DNA from: Octopus vulgaris | Lineage: Eukaryota | Direction: 5' to 3' | Assembly (NCBI GenBank): GCA_951406725.2 | Contig: OX597836.1 | Coordinates: 16,058,001-16,122,000, forward strand | DNA: 64,000 nucleotides | In this document: one piece after another, positions 38,881-53,531 of the stretch | Position numbering within the stretch: the first letter of the stretch is position 1 | Layout: every line of letters begins with the position of its first letter | The notes under the pieces: model-generated | What the model saw: the letters and a program-made list of their open reading frames with translations, nothing else | The model's database searches: none | Told to the model about the DNA's origin: nothing | Program-made: the position numbers and the translations under genes

Positions 38881-39666
38881 GCTTGGGATTTCCCAATCGT
38901 CGAACAGGACCAATTTGAAAACGGGTCACGACAATTCGGAAATAGCCACAGTTGCAACTGATGTAGCGCGGGGATAACCCCGTCCCGCCTGAAAGACTAC
39001 TTGCAGGGTCATTCCGATATATTTATTTCTTTCAGTCATTTGACTGCGCCCATGCTGTGTTTGTTCCCCCAACATCGCTTGACAACCGATGCTGGTGTGT
39101 TTACATCCCCGTAACTTAGCCGTTCGGCAAAAGAGGCCGATAGAATAAGTACTAGGCTTCCAAAGAATAAGTCCTGGGGTCGATTTGCTCGACTAAAGGC
39201 GGTGCTCCAAGAGAGCCTATCAATTTAGTTGAACAAGCCCTATAGTTGACTAAACACTTTAAGGTGGTGCCCCAGCATGTCCGCAGTCCAATGACCGAAA
39301 CAAGTAAAGGATAAAGAAGATTGGTACAGGAAGACTTAGCTACTATTTCTAGCAGGTCATATGATCAAATAATAGCTTTCACATCGGCTTGTTGTTGTTA
39401 TTGTTGTTGTATTTATTTGCTGGTTAAAGAATAAAGTAAGATAATAAATAAAGAAAGAAAGGAAGAAAGAATGAAAGAAATCAAGAAAGAAAAGAAGAAC
39501 TCTTTAACGTATTTCAGGAATTCCAGCATCTTTGGGATGGATTCATTGGAATCTGGTTTCTGAAGAATGTTAACAACAATTAAAACTGCAACAACATCCA
39601 TAACTCCAGCATCAACATCATTAACCACAAAGCGAATTTGCCGTGAGTTAGTTTCGAAGTTGCTGC

Positions 39667-39798
39667 CTGCCTGTCGGCCTGTCTGTCTGTCGGCCTGTCT
39701 GTCTGTCGGCCTGTCTGTCTGTCGGCCTGTCTGTCTGTCGGCCTGTCTGTCTGTCGGCCTGTCTGTCTGTCGGCCTGTCTGTCTGTCGGCCTGTCTGC
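39667..39798. repeat. 16-bp minisatellite (CTGTCTGTCTGTCGGC) x8
   Basis: CGGC recurs every 16 bp from 39675 to 39787. Confidence 0.95.
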
Positions 39799-39926
39799 CG
39801 GTCTGTCCGTTTGTCCGTTTGCCTACCTGCTTGTCTCCCATCCCATCTCTTCACATCTATGTATATTATACACAATTCCTACCCCCTCTCTCTCCTTCCC
39901 ACCGTCTCTCTCTCCCCGTCTCTCTC

Positions 39927-40074
39927 TATGTATGTATGTATGTATGTATGTATGTATGTATGTATGTATGTATGTATGTATGTATGTATGTGTGTGTATG
40001 TATGTATGCATGTATGTATGTGTGTATGTATGTATGCATGTATGTATGTGTGTATGTGTGTATGTGTGTATATG

Positions 40075-40110
<36 letters not shown>

Positions 40111-40420
40111 TGTATGTATGTATGTATGTATGTGTGTGTGTATGTGTGTATGTATGTATGTGTGTATGTGTGTGTGTGTGTATGTATGTATGTGTGTATG
40201 TGTGTATGTATGTATGTATGTATGTATGTATGTATGTATGTATGTATGTATGTATGTATGTATGTATGTATGTATGTATGTATGTATGTATGTTTGTATG
40301 TATGTATGTATGTACGTACGTACGTACGTACGTATGTATGTATGTATGTATGTATGTATGTATGTGTGTATGTATGTATGTATGTATGTATGTATGTATG
40401 TATGTATGTATGTATGCATG
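39927..40420. repeat. (ATGT)n microsatellite
   Basis: Direct observation. Confidence 0.95.
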
Positions 40421-40712
40421 CAAGCATATCTACGTGTAAGTTGTGCGCTTTTGTATCTGTGTTTGTCCGCCCCAACCATTACCGCTTGACAACCGCTGTT
40501 GATGTGTTTACGTTCCCATAACTTAGCGGTTCGGCAAAGAATAAGTATCAGACACCGCAAGCTCCTTGCAACACTGCCGAATTCAATGCGGCCAATGGCC
40601 GTCTTAAGCTCGAACATCTGCAAGTCGGTCAAAGGCTGGGAAAATGAAATGTACGAGACGAGGAGGACTTGGGATCTAGTCGACAAGTCTCCAACCCACA
40701 GTAAATATATAT

Positions 40713-41069
<357 letters not shown>

Positions 41070-41089
41070 GTATATATATATATGCGTAT

Positions 41090-41126
<37 letters not shown>

Positions 41127-41799
41127 TACACACATATACATACATATATACACACACAGACATACTTTATATATATATATATATATACACATACATACAT
41201 ACATGCATAAATATATATCTATACACACACATATACACAGTGCTGTTTAGATGCTAAACACACAAAGATACTCACACACTAGCATACACCTGGGTACACA
41301 CAAAACAAACAAACACACATGCATACACCCCCTTCTCCAACACACACATACACACATATTACTTAGTAGCTGGATTATCGTTCAGTGACATAACCAACCA
41401 GCATTTCGTCTTAATCGGTTGTTCAGGTAATGGTTCCAAAGAACAAAGAAGGATTGGGGAAATAACCGTTTTTGCGAAGAGGAGATTAAGGCGAAACTAT
41501 TAGTCGTAAGGTAAAGTGAACGGTAATCCAGTTATTAAATAACAATATTTGACTCTGCATCCGACGTTGAGTTTATATTGACGCCGTGTTATGTTGTTTT
41601 GTATTCGTTTGTAAGACAACTCGATATTCCGAAGCATTGAGTACTCTGTTCTGTATCTGTGTGGGAGTAAGTGGGTGTCGGGAGGTAGATGGGTGGGGGG
41701 TCGAATGTGTGTGTGTGGCTGAGTGGTTAGAGTGTCGGGTTTACGATCATAAAGAAGTGGGTTCGATTCCTGAACCTGGTGTACTCTTTCACTCTTTTA

Positions 41800-42220
41800 C
41801 GCTTTTTACTCTTTTACTTGTTTCAGTCATTTGACTGTGGCCATGCTAGGGCACCGCCTTTAGTCGAGCAAATCGACCCCAGGACTTATTCTTTGTAAGC
41901 CTAGTACTTATTCTATCGGTCTCTTTTGCCGAACGGCTAAGTTACGGGGACGTAAACACACCAGCATCGGATGTCAAGTGATGTTGGGGGGACAAACACA
42001 GACACACAAACATACACACACACACACACACACATACATATATGTATATACATACATACGACGGGCTTCTTTCAGTTTCTGTCTACCAAATCCACTCTCA
42101 AGGCTGGCTTTGGTCGGCCCGAGGCTATAGTAGAAGACACTTGCCCAAGGTGCCTCGCAGTGGGACTGAACCCGGAACCATGTGGTTGGTAAGCAAAGTA
42201 CTTACTACACAGCCACTCCC
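41800..42220 (-). mobile_element. SINE-B, full length
   Basis: Homology. Further copies at 37745-38110, 39055-39320, 46214-46605, 50195-50810, 60445-60960, 62558-62790 and 63320-63725. Confidence 0.9.
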
Positions 42221-42457
42221 ATCGTTGCTTGAGCAAAATTCCTTATTTCACGTAGATCCAGATTTCTCAAATGAAAATGAGATTAGTGTCGGCCATCGTC
42301 GTCGTTTTCTTTTTCTCCTCCTCTTTATTTTTTTAATATCCCTCTGTCTATTTATCCATCTTTTTCTTCCTATCTATCATTTTGTCTGTCTATTTGTGTG
42401 TGATGCAGTCTCTAGCCACTACACATTCTATACAACACTACACCACACTTCACTACA

Positions 42458-42757
42458 CGATCCCAAAAAGATGAAAGGCGAAGTCGACCTCGGCGGAATT
42501 TGAACTCAGAACGTAGCGGGAGACGAAATACCTATTTCTTTACTACCCACAAAGGGCTAAACACAGAGAGGACAAACAAGGACAGACAAATGGATTAAGT
42601 CGATTATATCAACCCCAGTGCATAACTGGTACTTACTTAATCGACCCCGAGAGGATGAAAGGCAAAGTCGAGCTCGGCGGAATTTGAACTCAGAACGTAG
42701 CGGCAGACGAAATACCGCTAAGCATTTCGCCCGAAGTGCTAACGTTTCTGCCAGCTC
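42458..42757 (-). mobile_element. SINE-A plus partial second unit
   Basis: GAAATACC|TATTTC junction near 42532. Confidence 0.9.
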
Positions 42758-42773
42758 ACTGCCTTAGGTAGAC

Positions 42774-42847
<74 letters not shown>

Positions 42848-43060
42848 AACTGCCTGAGGTCCAGAGTGTATGGATAAGTCTACCTTGGCTAGTATCGTAT
42901 AGTGATATACAACAACATTGAAACTGCCACAGTTTATATTCAAAGACGAATCCTTCCATTCTTTTCGTACATTCGCAATAATCCCTTTTTTAAGCCTTTC
43001 TCTCTCTGACTACCTTTGTCTGTTATTTACGAAGTTTCAACATTTAACCTCGTTTCGATA

Positions 43061-43133
<73 letters not shown>

Positions 43134-43135
43134 AT

Positions 43136-43231
<96 letters not shown>

Positions 43232-43587
43232 CCTGTCTATCTATCTATCTATCTATATACATATTTATCTATCTGTCTATTTATCTATCGATCGATCGAT
43301 CGTTGAACTGTGGCGTAACCATAATAATCCGGTGGTTTGATGGGCTAACTTTCACGTATTGTGCAATACTACAAGTACCTTTTAATGGAAACATGTATGC
43401 ATGATTTCTTCCCAACTAAAATTAATACTGCATGAAGAGAGTTGCGAAACGGCTGTAATCCTATGAAAAATACGTAGTTAAATAGATATATATTTGTCTT
43501 TCATACTCATAGTTTCATCGCTCGGATTTTCTGGATTCTCAGTTACATGGACACTCTGCATTACACTTCTTTTTAATTTATAAACTA

Positions 43588-44091
43588 CTAGCAGTATCGC
43601 CCGGCGTTGCTCGGGTTTGTAAGGGAAATAACTATATAAGCATTTTTAGAGAGTTACTTCCCTTATAAATTCGGGCTTTCTTAGCCATTTTTGTTTTGGT
43701 GTCTTCAAGTCATGAAGTCGTTGTTCTAAAAGAACGCTGGTTTCCTTCACAACGCATTACGACGTTGATTTCTTTACACTCCCTTCCCCACAGCTTCACG
43801 AGGGAGGGAAGGGGGAAGCAAACAGGTGCAGCTGTGAGCGTGGACGCCAACTCCGCCGCCATCGACACACGATGCATTTTATGCATTAAAATGGAATAAA
43901 AAATGATGTTAAATTATTTTTAAAATCGTAGACTCATCGTTGACGCGCGCTAATAGTCAGACGGGCTCGATATGAATCACGACTATAAGATACCCGAATT
44001 TGGTTAAACTGCACCGCAAAATGTGGGAGGAGTTAGGAATCTAAATCGAAGGGGACAGACACTCACACAACTAGAGTTTTATATATATAGA
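43588..44091 (-). mobile_element. Non-autonomous Helitron
   Basis: A|TCTATATATATAAAA start; CCCGAGCAACGCCGGG hairpin; CTAG|T end nearly identical to that at 25165-25192. Confidence 0.85.
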
Positions 44092-44169
44092 TGTACACTG
44101 ATAGCCGAATTCGTAAGACGAGCTTTCTGTGATAGCAGAATGATTTTCTGATTTCATATCTTATACTAC

Positions 44170-44210
<41 letters not shown>

Positions 44211-44265
44211 TGGATTCTTTGTTCGTATTTTTTCTTGTAATTTTTCTTTCTTTTTACACGTAACA

Positions 44266-44330
<65 letters not shown>

Positions 44331-44850
44331 AGACTGCGCGCGCATGCACACACATACACACGTATATATCAAGACAAAGTGAAGTTTTTCAACTTTGCTA
44401 AAATTCTCTCCTTCTCAACCGTGTCTCTCTTTACACACACACACACACACGTATATATATTATACACATACAATATTCACGCATATATGTGTATATCTAT
44501 ATATCTATATTATATATATATCTACCTCTCTCTCCCCCCTCTCTCTATATATATATATATGTATATGCATGTACATGGGAGAGAGAGAGATAGTGAGCAA
44601 GAGAGTGAGAGAGAGTCTATATGTGTATAATTATGAACGCTACAGTTCACACGTGTATTTCTTCTCTTTACAGGCAAGAACAAATAAACGGTTGGTCCCA
44701 GAGCTATGTCTTGCCATGTCTACCTAGAGATACATCAAATATACGCTTCTTGATTGACTTGTTTACATCAGTTGCTTCAGGAGGGAACGTTTGATGAACA
44801 GATCTTACGAGAGACGATTTGTATACACACACTCACACACACACATACGG

Positions 44851-44911
<61 letters not shown>

Positions 44912-45021
44912 TGTATGTATGTATGTATATGTATATATATTATATATATACATATATATTATATATATATCATATCATATATATGCACACACACATCTAT
45001 ACATATATATAGACATACATT

Positions 45022-45071
<50 letters not shown>

Positions 45072-45072
<1 letters not shown>

Positions 45073-45116
45073 TTGTATGAACATAAGATTGTATATATAC
45101 TTATATGCATGAATAT

Positions 45117-45156
<40 letters not shown>

Positions 45157-45201
45157 ATATTCATGCATATAAGTATATATACCATCTTATATTCATACAA
45201 A
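45072..45201. repeat. Inverted repeat centred on (TA)n
   Basis: ~50-bp arms with 2 mismatches. Confidence 0.9.
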
Positions 45202-45560
45202 GACGGATACAAACACAAATATGAATATACATACATACATATATATATCGATAGATGGATAGATAGATAGATTGATAGATAGATAGATAGATAGACAGAC
45301 AGATGGATAGAAAGATATATATACATATATATACATATATACGTACATATATACACACACATACACACACACATATATACGTAACGCAACGCAAGTGCTC
45401 ATTCAATTTTTTACCTTTATATACATATATATATATATATATTTGTATATATATATATAGTTAATCCAAACATGAAAACACAAAGAATAAACACAACAAC
45501 GCGAGGACGTGGGACAAGTATAGTGTTATTGGACGCTCAGGAAAGGAAAGAAAGAAAGAG

Positions 45561-45596
45561 GTTTTAACGTTTCGAGCGGAACTCTTCGTCAGAAAC
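45561..45596 (-). ncRNA. Minimal type I hammerhead ribozyme candidate
   Basis: GUUU-CUGACGA-A-GAGU(UCC)GCUC-GAAA-CG-UU-AAAAC: intact core, palindromic ACGU stem III. Confidence 0.7.
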
Positions 45597-45665
45597 ATAG
45601 GAAAGATCCAGGAAGGGAAGACGGAAGAAAAAATCGCCAACGATACACACCCGGTTACATATTGA

Positions 45666-45846
<181 letters not shown>

Positions 45847-45871
45847 CAGACAGACAGACAGACAAACATAC

Positions 45872-45924
<53 letters not shown>

Positions 45925-45952
45925 TATGCATTTCTATGTACATATTTGTTTG

Positions 45953-46009
<57 letters not shown>

Positions 46010-47021
46010 TTTTCCATCTACATGTAAATACCCTTTCCTCTCCAAATATGTAGCAACAATGACGAGGCTGCTTGCAAAAATCGTCAGGCGAAACTTGGTC
46101 TCCTCTCAAAAATGATTTTATAAATTTGACTCTACCATTGGTATTGAGTACACCCCTTTTCCCTATCTCCCTTGCAGCATATTCTTCAGAATGCTTCAGA
46201 ATTCAAAAGAGCATACTCTTTACTCTTTTACTTGTTTCAGTCATTTGACTGCGGCTATGCTGGAGCACCACCTTTAATCGAGCAGCTCGACCCCGGGACT
46301 TATTCTTTTGTAAGCCCAGTACTTATTCTATCTGTCTCTTTTGCCGAACCGCTAAGTAACGGGGACATAAACACACCAGCATCGGCTGTCAAGCAATGCT
46401 AGGGGGACAAACATAGACACACAAACATAGACACGCATACATATATATACATATATACGACGGGCTTCTTTCAGTTTCCGTCTACCAAATCCACTCACAA
46501 GGCTTTGGTCGGCCCGAGGCTATAGTAGAAGACACTTGCCCAAGGTGCCACGCAGTTGAAATGAACCCGGAACCTTGTGGTTGGTAAACAAGCTACTTAC
46601 CACACAATTTTTTTTAAAAAGCTTAAATGAACACACTATCACATATACGTGTGCATGTGTGTGTGTGTGTGTGTGTGTGTAGGTAAGTGAGAATTCATGT
46701 GTGACATATTTTTGACAGTTTTATTGCCTGCCTTGACAGTAGCTGATTTATGTCATCGTCGTCGTCGTCGTCGTCATCATCATCATCATAATTAGCATCA
46801 TTATAACCACCGCCATTGTCATCATCACCGTTACTACCACCATCTTTAATCATCATCATTGTGGTCATCATCGATATCATCATCATTATCATTATCATCA
46901 CCATCATTGATTGTCATCATGCGCGTCTTCGTCATCATCATCATAATCATCATCATCGTCGTCGTCGTCGTCGTCGTCGTCATCATCATCATCATCATTG
47001 TGTCATCGTCATCATCATCAT

Positions 47022-47083
<62 letters not shown>

Positions 47084-47384
47084 TCATCATCATCATCATT
47101 GTGTCATCATCATCACCACCGCCATCATCATCATCATCATCGTCATCATTACCATCACTATCATCATCATCATCATCATCGTCGTCGTCATTGTCGTCGT
47201 CATCACCATCACCATTACCATCACCATCATTGCCACCATCATTATCACGATTATTGTCATCAATACCAGCAATTGATAACATTGACAGCAACAATGACTG
47301 TGCCACCCCCTACCTCCCTCCGGAATGTAAAGAGCCGGAAGTAAATACCGAAGGTCAAACGATATTTCCAATTCTCCGTCAGGA

Positions 47385-48018
47385 AAAAGGGCAGCAATTT
47401 TGGAGGGTGTGGGGGAGGGAGGAGGGAAGGAGAAGTGACCATAACTGATTACATTGAACCCCACCCCCGCACCTCAATACTTGACTGTTGCTTTATTTAT
47501 ACCAACTCCGAAAGGATAAAAGTCAAAGTTAGCCTCGGCAGGATTTGAACTCAGAACATGAAGAATCAGAAGAAATATCGCTAAACATTTTGTCCGATGC
47601 GCAAACGATTCTTATTTCTTTACTGCCCACAAGGGGCTAAACATGGAGGGGACAAACAAGGACAGACAAACGGATTAAGTCGATTATATCGACCCCAGTG
47701 CGTAACTGGTACTTAATTCATAGACCCCGAAAGGATGAAAGGCAAAGTCGACCTCGGCGGAATTTGAACTCACAACGTAACGGCAGACGAAATACCTATT
47801 TCTTTACTACCCACAAGGGGCTAAACACAGAAGGGACAAACAAGGACAGACAAACGGATTAAGTCGATTACATCGACTCCAGTGTGTAACTGGTACTTAA
47901 TTTATGGAAGAAAGGCAAAGTCGACCTCGGTGGAATTTGAACTCAGAACGTAGCGGCAGACGAAATACCGCTAAGCATTTCGGCCGGCGTGCTAACGTTT
48001 CTGCCAGCTCGCCGCCTT
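47385..48018 (-). mobile_element. SINE-A dimer joined into the head of an older SINE-A-like copy
   Basis: Junctions near 47613 and 47797. Confidence 0.85.
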
Positions 48019-48028
48019 AATAATAATG

Positions 48029-48118
<90 letters not shown>

Positions 48119-48258
48119 TAAGGTTGTCCCAAAAGTTCGTAGAAAGTCTTGGAAAATAATGGTCTTTATTTTGAGGAATAATTTTTGTTGTTTTTGTTAG
48201 TACTTGGCGAGTAAAAATTCAATTTTCGCAAGTGTTTACGAACTTTTGGGACAACCTA
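48119..48258. mobile_element. Mariner-like MITE
   Basis: TIR AGGTTGTCCCAAAAGTTCGTA with TA flanks. Confidence 0.8.
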
Positions 48259-48834
48259 ATAATTCTTTTTTTATTGGCCTCAAGGGCCTCAAAAACATTT
48301 AGGACAATACTAAAGACAGTGTAGATTTACATAGAAACGTGTAAAGAAGAAATATCTAACCAGTAGCAGCAGCAGCAGCAGCACAACAACAACTGCAGGA
48401 ACAACAAGAACAAATAAAAATACAACAGCAACAACAAAAACAACAACGAAAACAACAGCAACAACAATAACAGTAAATCAATGGGGATGGTCAATATCAA
48501 AATGCCTTTAGTCATAGGTGGTCAGTTTTACCAGGAAAGAGCCAAGCAAGCTACATCATCAAATACCACCACCTCTGCCACGACAAGAAGCAGCAGATCG
48601 TGTAAGGTGTCGTCTGCCACGAGAACGGCAGCCATATTTATTGTAATGATGAGACTCAATCGTAACTCGATCTTAGTATTGTATGACAGTGTCAACATGT
48701 CACATGTGTCACGGGTCGTATGAATATGCATGTATTTGTAAATATATATGTATATATATATAAATATACACCTACGTATGTGTGTACGTGTGTATGTACG
48801 TAATGAAGCATGTATGTGTGAATATATATGTGTG

Positions 48835-48865
<31 letters not shown>

Positions 48866-48978
48866 ATGACTATATGAGTGTATATGCATATGAGTGTGTA
48901 TGTTTACATGTCTATATGCATGTATGTGTATGTGAGTGTGTGTATGGATATACATATATATATGTATATATGTGTATG

Positions 48979-49021
<43 letters not shown>

Positions 49022-49050
49022 ATACATACATACATACATACATACATACA

Positions 49051-49118
<68 letters not shown>

Positions 49119-49324
49119 AAATTAATAAATAAAACATATGCATATATACATACATATATGTACGTACCTACCTCTACATGTATATATACATGCATATATG
49201 GGTACAGGACACACAAAAAAAAAAAGCGTTGAACACAATGAGAAACGAAAACATAAACACAAAACCAAGGAAATGGACATTTCTTTTAAACAACGAAAAA
49301 ATAGAGTACAGGACATACAAAACA

Positions 49325-49425
49325 AGGAAAATTCCCCTTCTTCAGTCGCCTTAGTTTCATCTACTCCACGTTTCGAAGGTCAAGGCGATACATGACTTCA
49401 ATAAAACTTTCCTTCCCGTGAAAAT
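49325..49425 (-). ncRNA. Permuted/pseudoknotted hammerhead-like RNA (element X)
   Basis: GAAGG..AGUUUUAU..CAUGUA^UCGCCUU..CCUUC-GAAA-CGUG..AUGAAACU-AAGGCGA-CUGAAGA. Confidence 0.6.
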
Positions 49426-49737
49426 CAAATTAAATAAAATTTGAGATTTTTTTGCGGAGGGGTAAAAATGGTAACAAAAACAGGACAGTAACGACAGTAT
49501 ATATATATATATGTTTTTTTTGTTTTTTGTTTTTCCAGTTTCAGCTCTTGAGCTGTGGCCATGCTGGGGCACCGCCATTGTGGTGAAAGAGTACAGCAGG
49601 GATCACCACCCCCTGCCGGAGCCTCGTAGAGCTTTTAGGTGTTTTCGCTCAATAAACACACACAACGCCCGGTCTGAGAATCGAAACCGCGATCCTGCGA
49701 CCGCGAGTCCGCTGCCCTAACCACTAGGCCATTGCGC

Positions 49738-49964
<227 letters not shown>

Positions 49965-50060
49965 TAATCCAAACAAGAAAGCACAAAAAAACACAACAAC
50001 GCGAGGACGTGGAACAAATATAGTATTACTGGACGCTCAGGAAAGAAGGAAAGAAGGAGG

Positions 50061-50095
50061 GTTTAACGTTTCGAGCGGAGCTCTTCGTCGGAAAC
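50061..50095 (-). ncRNA. Minimal hammerhead motif, U4C core variant
   Basis: GUUU-CCGACGA-A-GAGC(UCC)GCUC-GAAACGUU-AAAC. Confidence 0.55.
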
Positions 50096-50861
50096 ATAGG
50101 AGAAGGAAAGATCCAGAGAAGGGAAGACAGAGGAAATAAAATCGCCAACGGTACACACGCGGTCACATTTTGAAATATATATATAAGTTTGTGTAGGCGT
50201 GGTTTTGTGGGAAGATTTTTACTACCCAACCAGAGGGTTCCAGGTTCTGTCCCACTGCGTGGCACCTTAGACAAGTGTCTTCAACTATAGCCTCGGGCCG
50301 ACCAACGCCTTGTGTACATAAATAAATGCGTGTGTGTTTTTTTTATTTATTTGTGTGTGTGTGTGTGCGTGCGTGTGTGTGTGAGTCCCACTAGCGTTTG
50401 ACAACCGATGTGTTTATGTTGCAGTCACCTGGCGGTTTGACAAAACAAACCGATAGAATAAGTAACAGACTTCAGAAATAAGCACTGGAATCGATTCGCT
50501 TCCCTAAATCCTTGAGGGTGGTGCCCTAGTACGACCGCAGTCGAATGACTGATTACAGTATGAAATAATGTATATATTCTTTTATTCTCATATTCTTTTA
50601 CATGTTTCAGTCATTTTGACTGTGGCCATGCTGGAGTACCTCCTTTTCGTTGAAGAAATCGACCCCTGAACTTATTCTTTGTAAGCCTCGTACTTATTCT
50701 GTAGGTCACTTTTGCCGAAGCTCTAAGTTACGGGGACATAAACACACCAACATCGGTTGTCAAGCGATGGTGGGGAACAAACACAGACACAAACACATAG
50801 ACACAAACATACATACATACATACATACATACATACATACATACATACATACATACATACA

Positions 50862-50937
<76 letters not shown>

Positions 50938-51710
50938 TACATACATTCATCCTAACACACATACACACGTATATATATATATATATATAAAAAAAAGGAA
51001 ATGAAGAAAATGCTGACAAAATAATTTAAGTAATTTAATTAGGTGAAAGTTCTTTTTACCGGTTGCGCATTTGCTATGCTTATCAAAAGTTTTTTCCTCT
51101 TATATATATATATATATATATATATGCATATATATATATGCATATATATTCATTCTAACACACATACACACGTATATATATATATATATATACATGCCTG
51201 TGTGTGTGTGTGTGTGTATACATATACATATATATATATATATATACATATTCATACATACATGCATTTGTGTGCCTGTGTATGTGTATATATACATGTG
51301 TGTGTTTGCACACATATACTGTATGTGTGTACGTGTATGTGTATACATATGTGTGTGTGTGTGTGTTTTGTTATATGTGCATGTGTCTGTGTGTCTGGCA
51401 TCCCACTCCATTAATTTGAGTGATTAGTCATCTACAAATGTGAAGGTGGAACTGCGATCGTTCCGATGTCGGCTGCAACGCATGACCGAGCATGCGTGTC
51501 TTGAGTCATGACTTGGCCTGACAATGCCAAACCGTCAGCGCCTTGTCACGTGACCTTGACCTGCCATGGTTATGATATACCGAAAGGTATTTAATTATAG
51601 GCCATGTTGCGGGGTATCGGCACACGATGACGATGATGATGAGGATAATGACGATGATGATGATGATGGTGATGGTAATGATGATGGTGGTGGTGGTGAT
51701 GATGGTAATG

Positions 51711-51742
<32 letters not shown>

Positions 51743-51776
51743 GATGGTGAGGATGATGGTGGTGGTGGTGATGATA

Positions 51777-51812
<36 letters not shown>

Positions 51813-51991
51813 GTGGTGGTGATGGTGGTGGTGGTGATGACGGTGAGGACATCGATAATGGTGATATCGATAATGATAATGATGATGTTTTGTGGTGATG
51901 GTCACGATAAGGATTAGTATATAATCACCAACTCTCCACCACCACCACCAGCTATTTCACTACCGCTACCGCCACCGTCGCTACTGTTACC

Positions 51992-52790
51992 GCATGTATG
52001 TATGTATGTATGTATGTATGTATGTATGTATGTATGTATGTATGTATGAACATACGTACGTATATGTGTATATGTGTGAGTATGCGCGTATGCATGTATT
52101 TCTGGCTTTTTACCCAGGCGACCCGTGTTCGATTTCCGCCATGGGAACGTTTGTGTGTGCTTGTATGTATGTATGTATGTATGTATGTATGTATGTATGT
52201 ATGTATGTATGTATGTATGTATGTATGTATGTATGTGTGTATGTATGTATGTTTGTATGTATGTATGTATGTATGTGTGTGTATGTATGTATATATGTAT
52301 GTATGTATGTATGTATGATCTATGTATGTATGTATGCATGTATGTATGTATGTGTGTATGTATGTATGTATGTATGTGTATGTATGTATATATGTATGTA
52401 TGTATGTATGATCTATGTATGTATGTATGCATGTATGTATGTATGTATGTATGTGTGTATGTATGTATGTGTGCATGTATGTATGTATGTATGTATGTTT
52501 GTATGTATGTATGTATGTATGTATGTATGTATGTGTGCGTGTATGTGTGTATGTATGTATGTATGTGTGCATGCATGTATGTATGTATGTATGTATGTGT
52601 GCATGTATGTATGTATGTATGTATGTATGTATGTATGTGTGCATGTATGTATGTATGTATGTATGTATGTATGTGTACATGTATGTATGTATGTATGTAT
52701 GTATGTATGTATGTATGTATGTATGTATGTATGTGTGCATGTATGTATGTATGTGTGCATGTATGTATGTATATATGCATGTACGTGTGT
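51992..52790. repeat. Long (ATGT)n microsatellite complex
   Basis: Direct observation; source of the longest ORFs in the track. Confidence 0.95.
52096..52147 (+). pseudogene. tRNA-Glu(TTC)-like 3' fragment
   Basis: CTGG-CTTTTTA-CCCAGG-CGAC-CCGTG-TTCGATT-TCCG-CCATGGGAA aligns with the anticodon, T and acceptor 3' portions of animal tRNA-Glu; D arm absent. Confidence 0.65.
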
Positions 52791-53257
52791 GTGCTTGTGT
52801 ACGCGTATGTGTGCGTCACCATTGACGATCTCAAGTTCGAAAATAAAGGACTACCCACCTCCGATCGGTAAATACTCTTCCACTAGAGAAAAATGTCTTC
52901 GCCCCTCCGCATTTCACTGAGACCCTTATTTTTTTGGTATCTGGTGCTGAGGAGGACTAGAGTTCGAAATACATGCATCCATCAGTCCAGTAGAGGGAAC
53001 TCCGAGGCAGCTATGGCGTTTTGACACCTTCTGGCCTTTGGTGATAATTTATTTTTCAATGATAAATTGTAGTGAAAAACCTTTTACAAATTAAAATATT
53101 TGAACTGGCTTTAAATTTATCTTCAGTGACTTGATTCGCGCATCTACTCGTATATAATACTTTATCATAAATTATAAAATAGTCCCAAAGTTCATTATTT
53201 ACATTATTTATATTATTTACATTCGAAAGGATATTTGTCCTCATCTTGTTTGTTGTT

Positions 53258-53303
53258 AACACAACCTTTCGGCTGATATATCCTCCAGCCTTCTTCAGGT
53301 GTC
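53258..53303 (-). ncRNA. Minimal type I hammerhead candidate
   Basis: GACAC-CUGAAGA-A-GGCUG(loop)CAGCC-GAAA-GG-UU-GUGUU. Confidence 0.65.
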
Positions 53304-53531
53304 TTGGGGAAATTTCGAACCTGGGTTTTCATTCCTAAGGTATTTTTCGATGTTGTTGTTGTTGTTATCATCACCATCACCATCACCATCACCATCATCA
53401 TTATCATCATCACCATCATCATTATCATCATCATCGTCATCATCATCATCATCATCATCACCATCATCATCATCACCATCATCATCATCGTCGTCGTCGT
53501 CGTCGTCGTTGTTGTTGCTGTTGTTGATCTG

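Noticed and set aside
38965-39020. Possible hammerhead after the PLE endonuclease remnant
   Set aside because: A hairpin and CTGAAAGA are present, but no matching GAAA, UH or stems could be assembled.
46695-47464. Asp/His/Ser-rich ORFs, likewise 51566-51917 and 53213-53601
   Set aside because: (CAT/GAT)n microsatellites.
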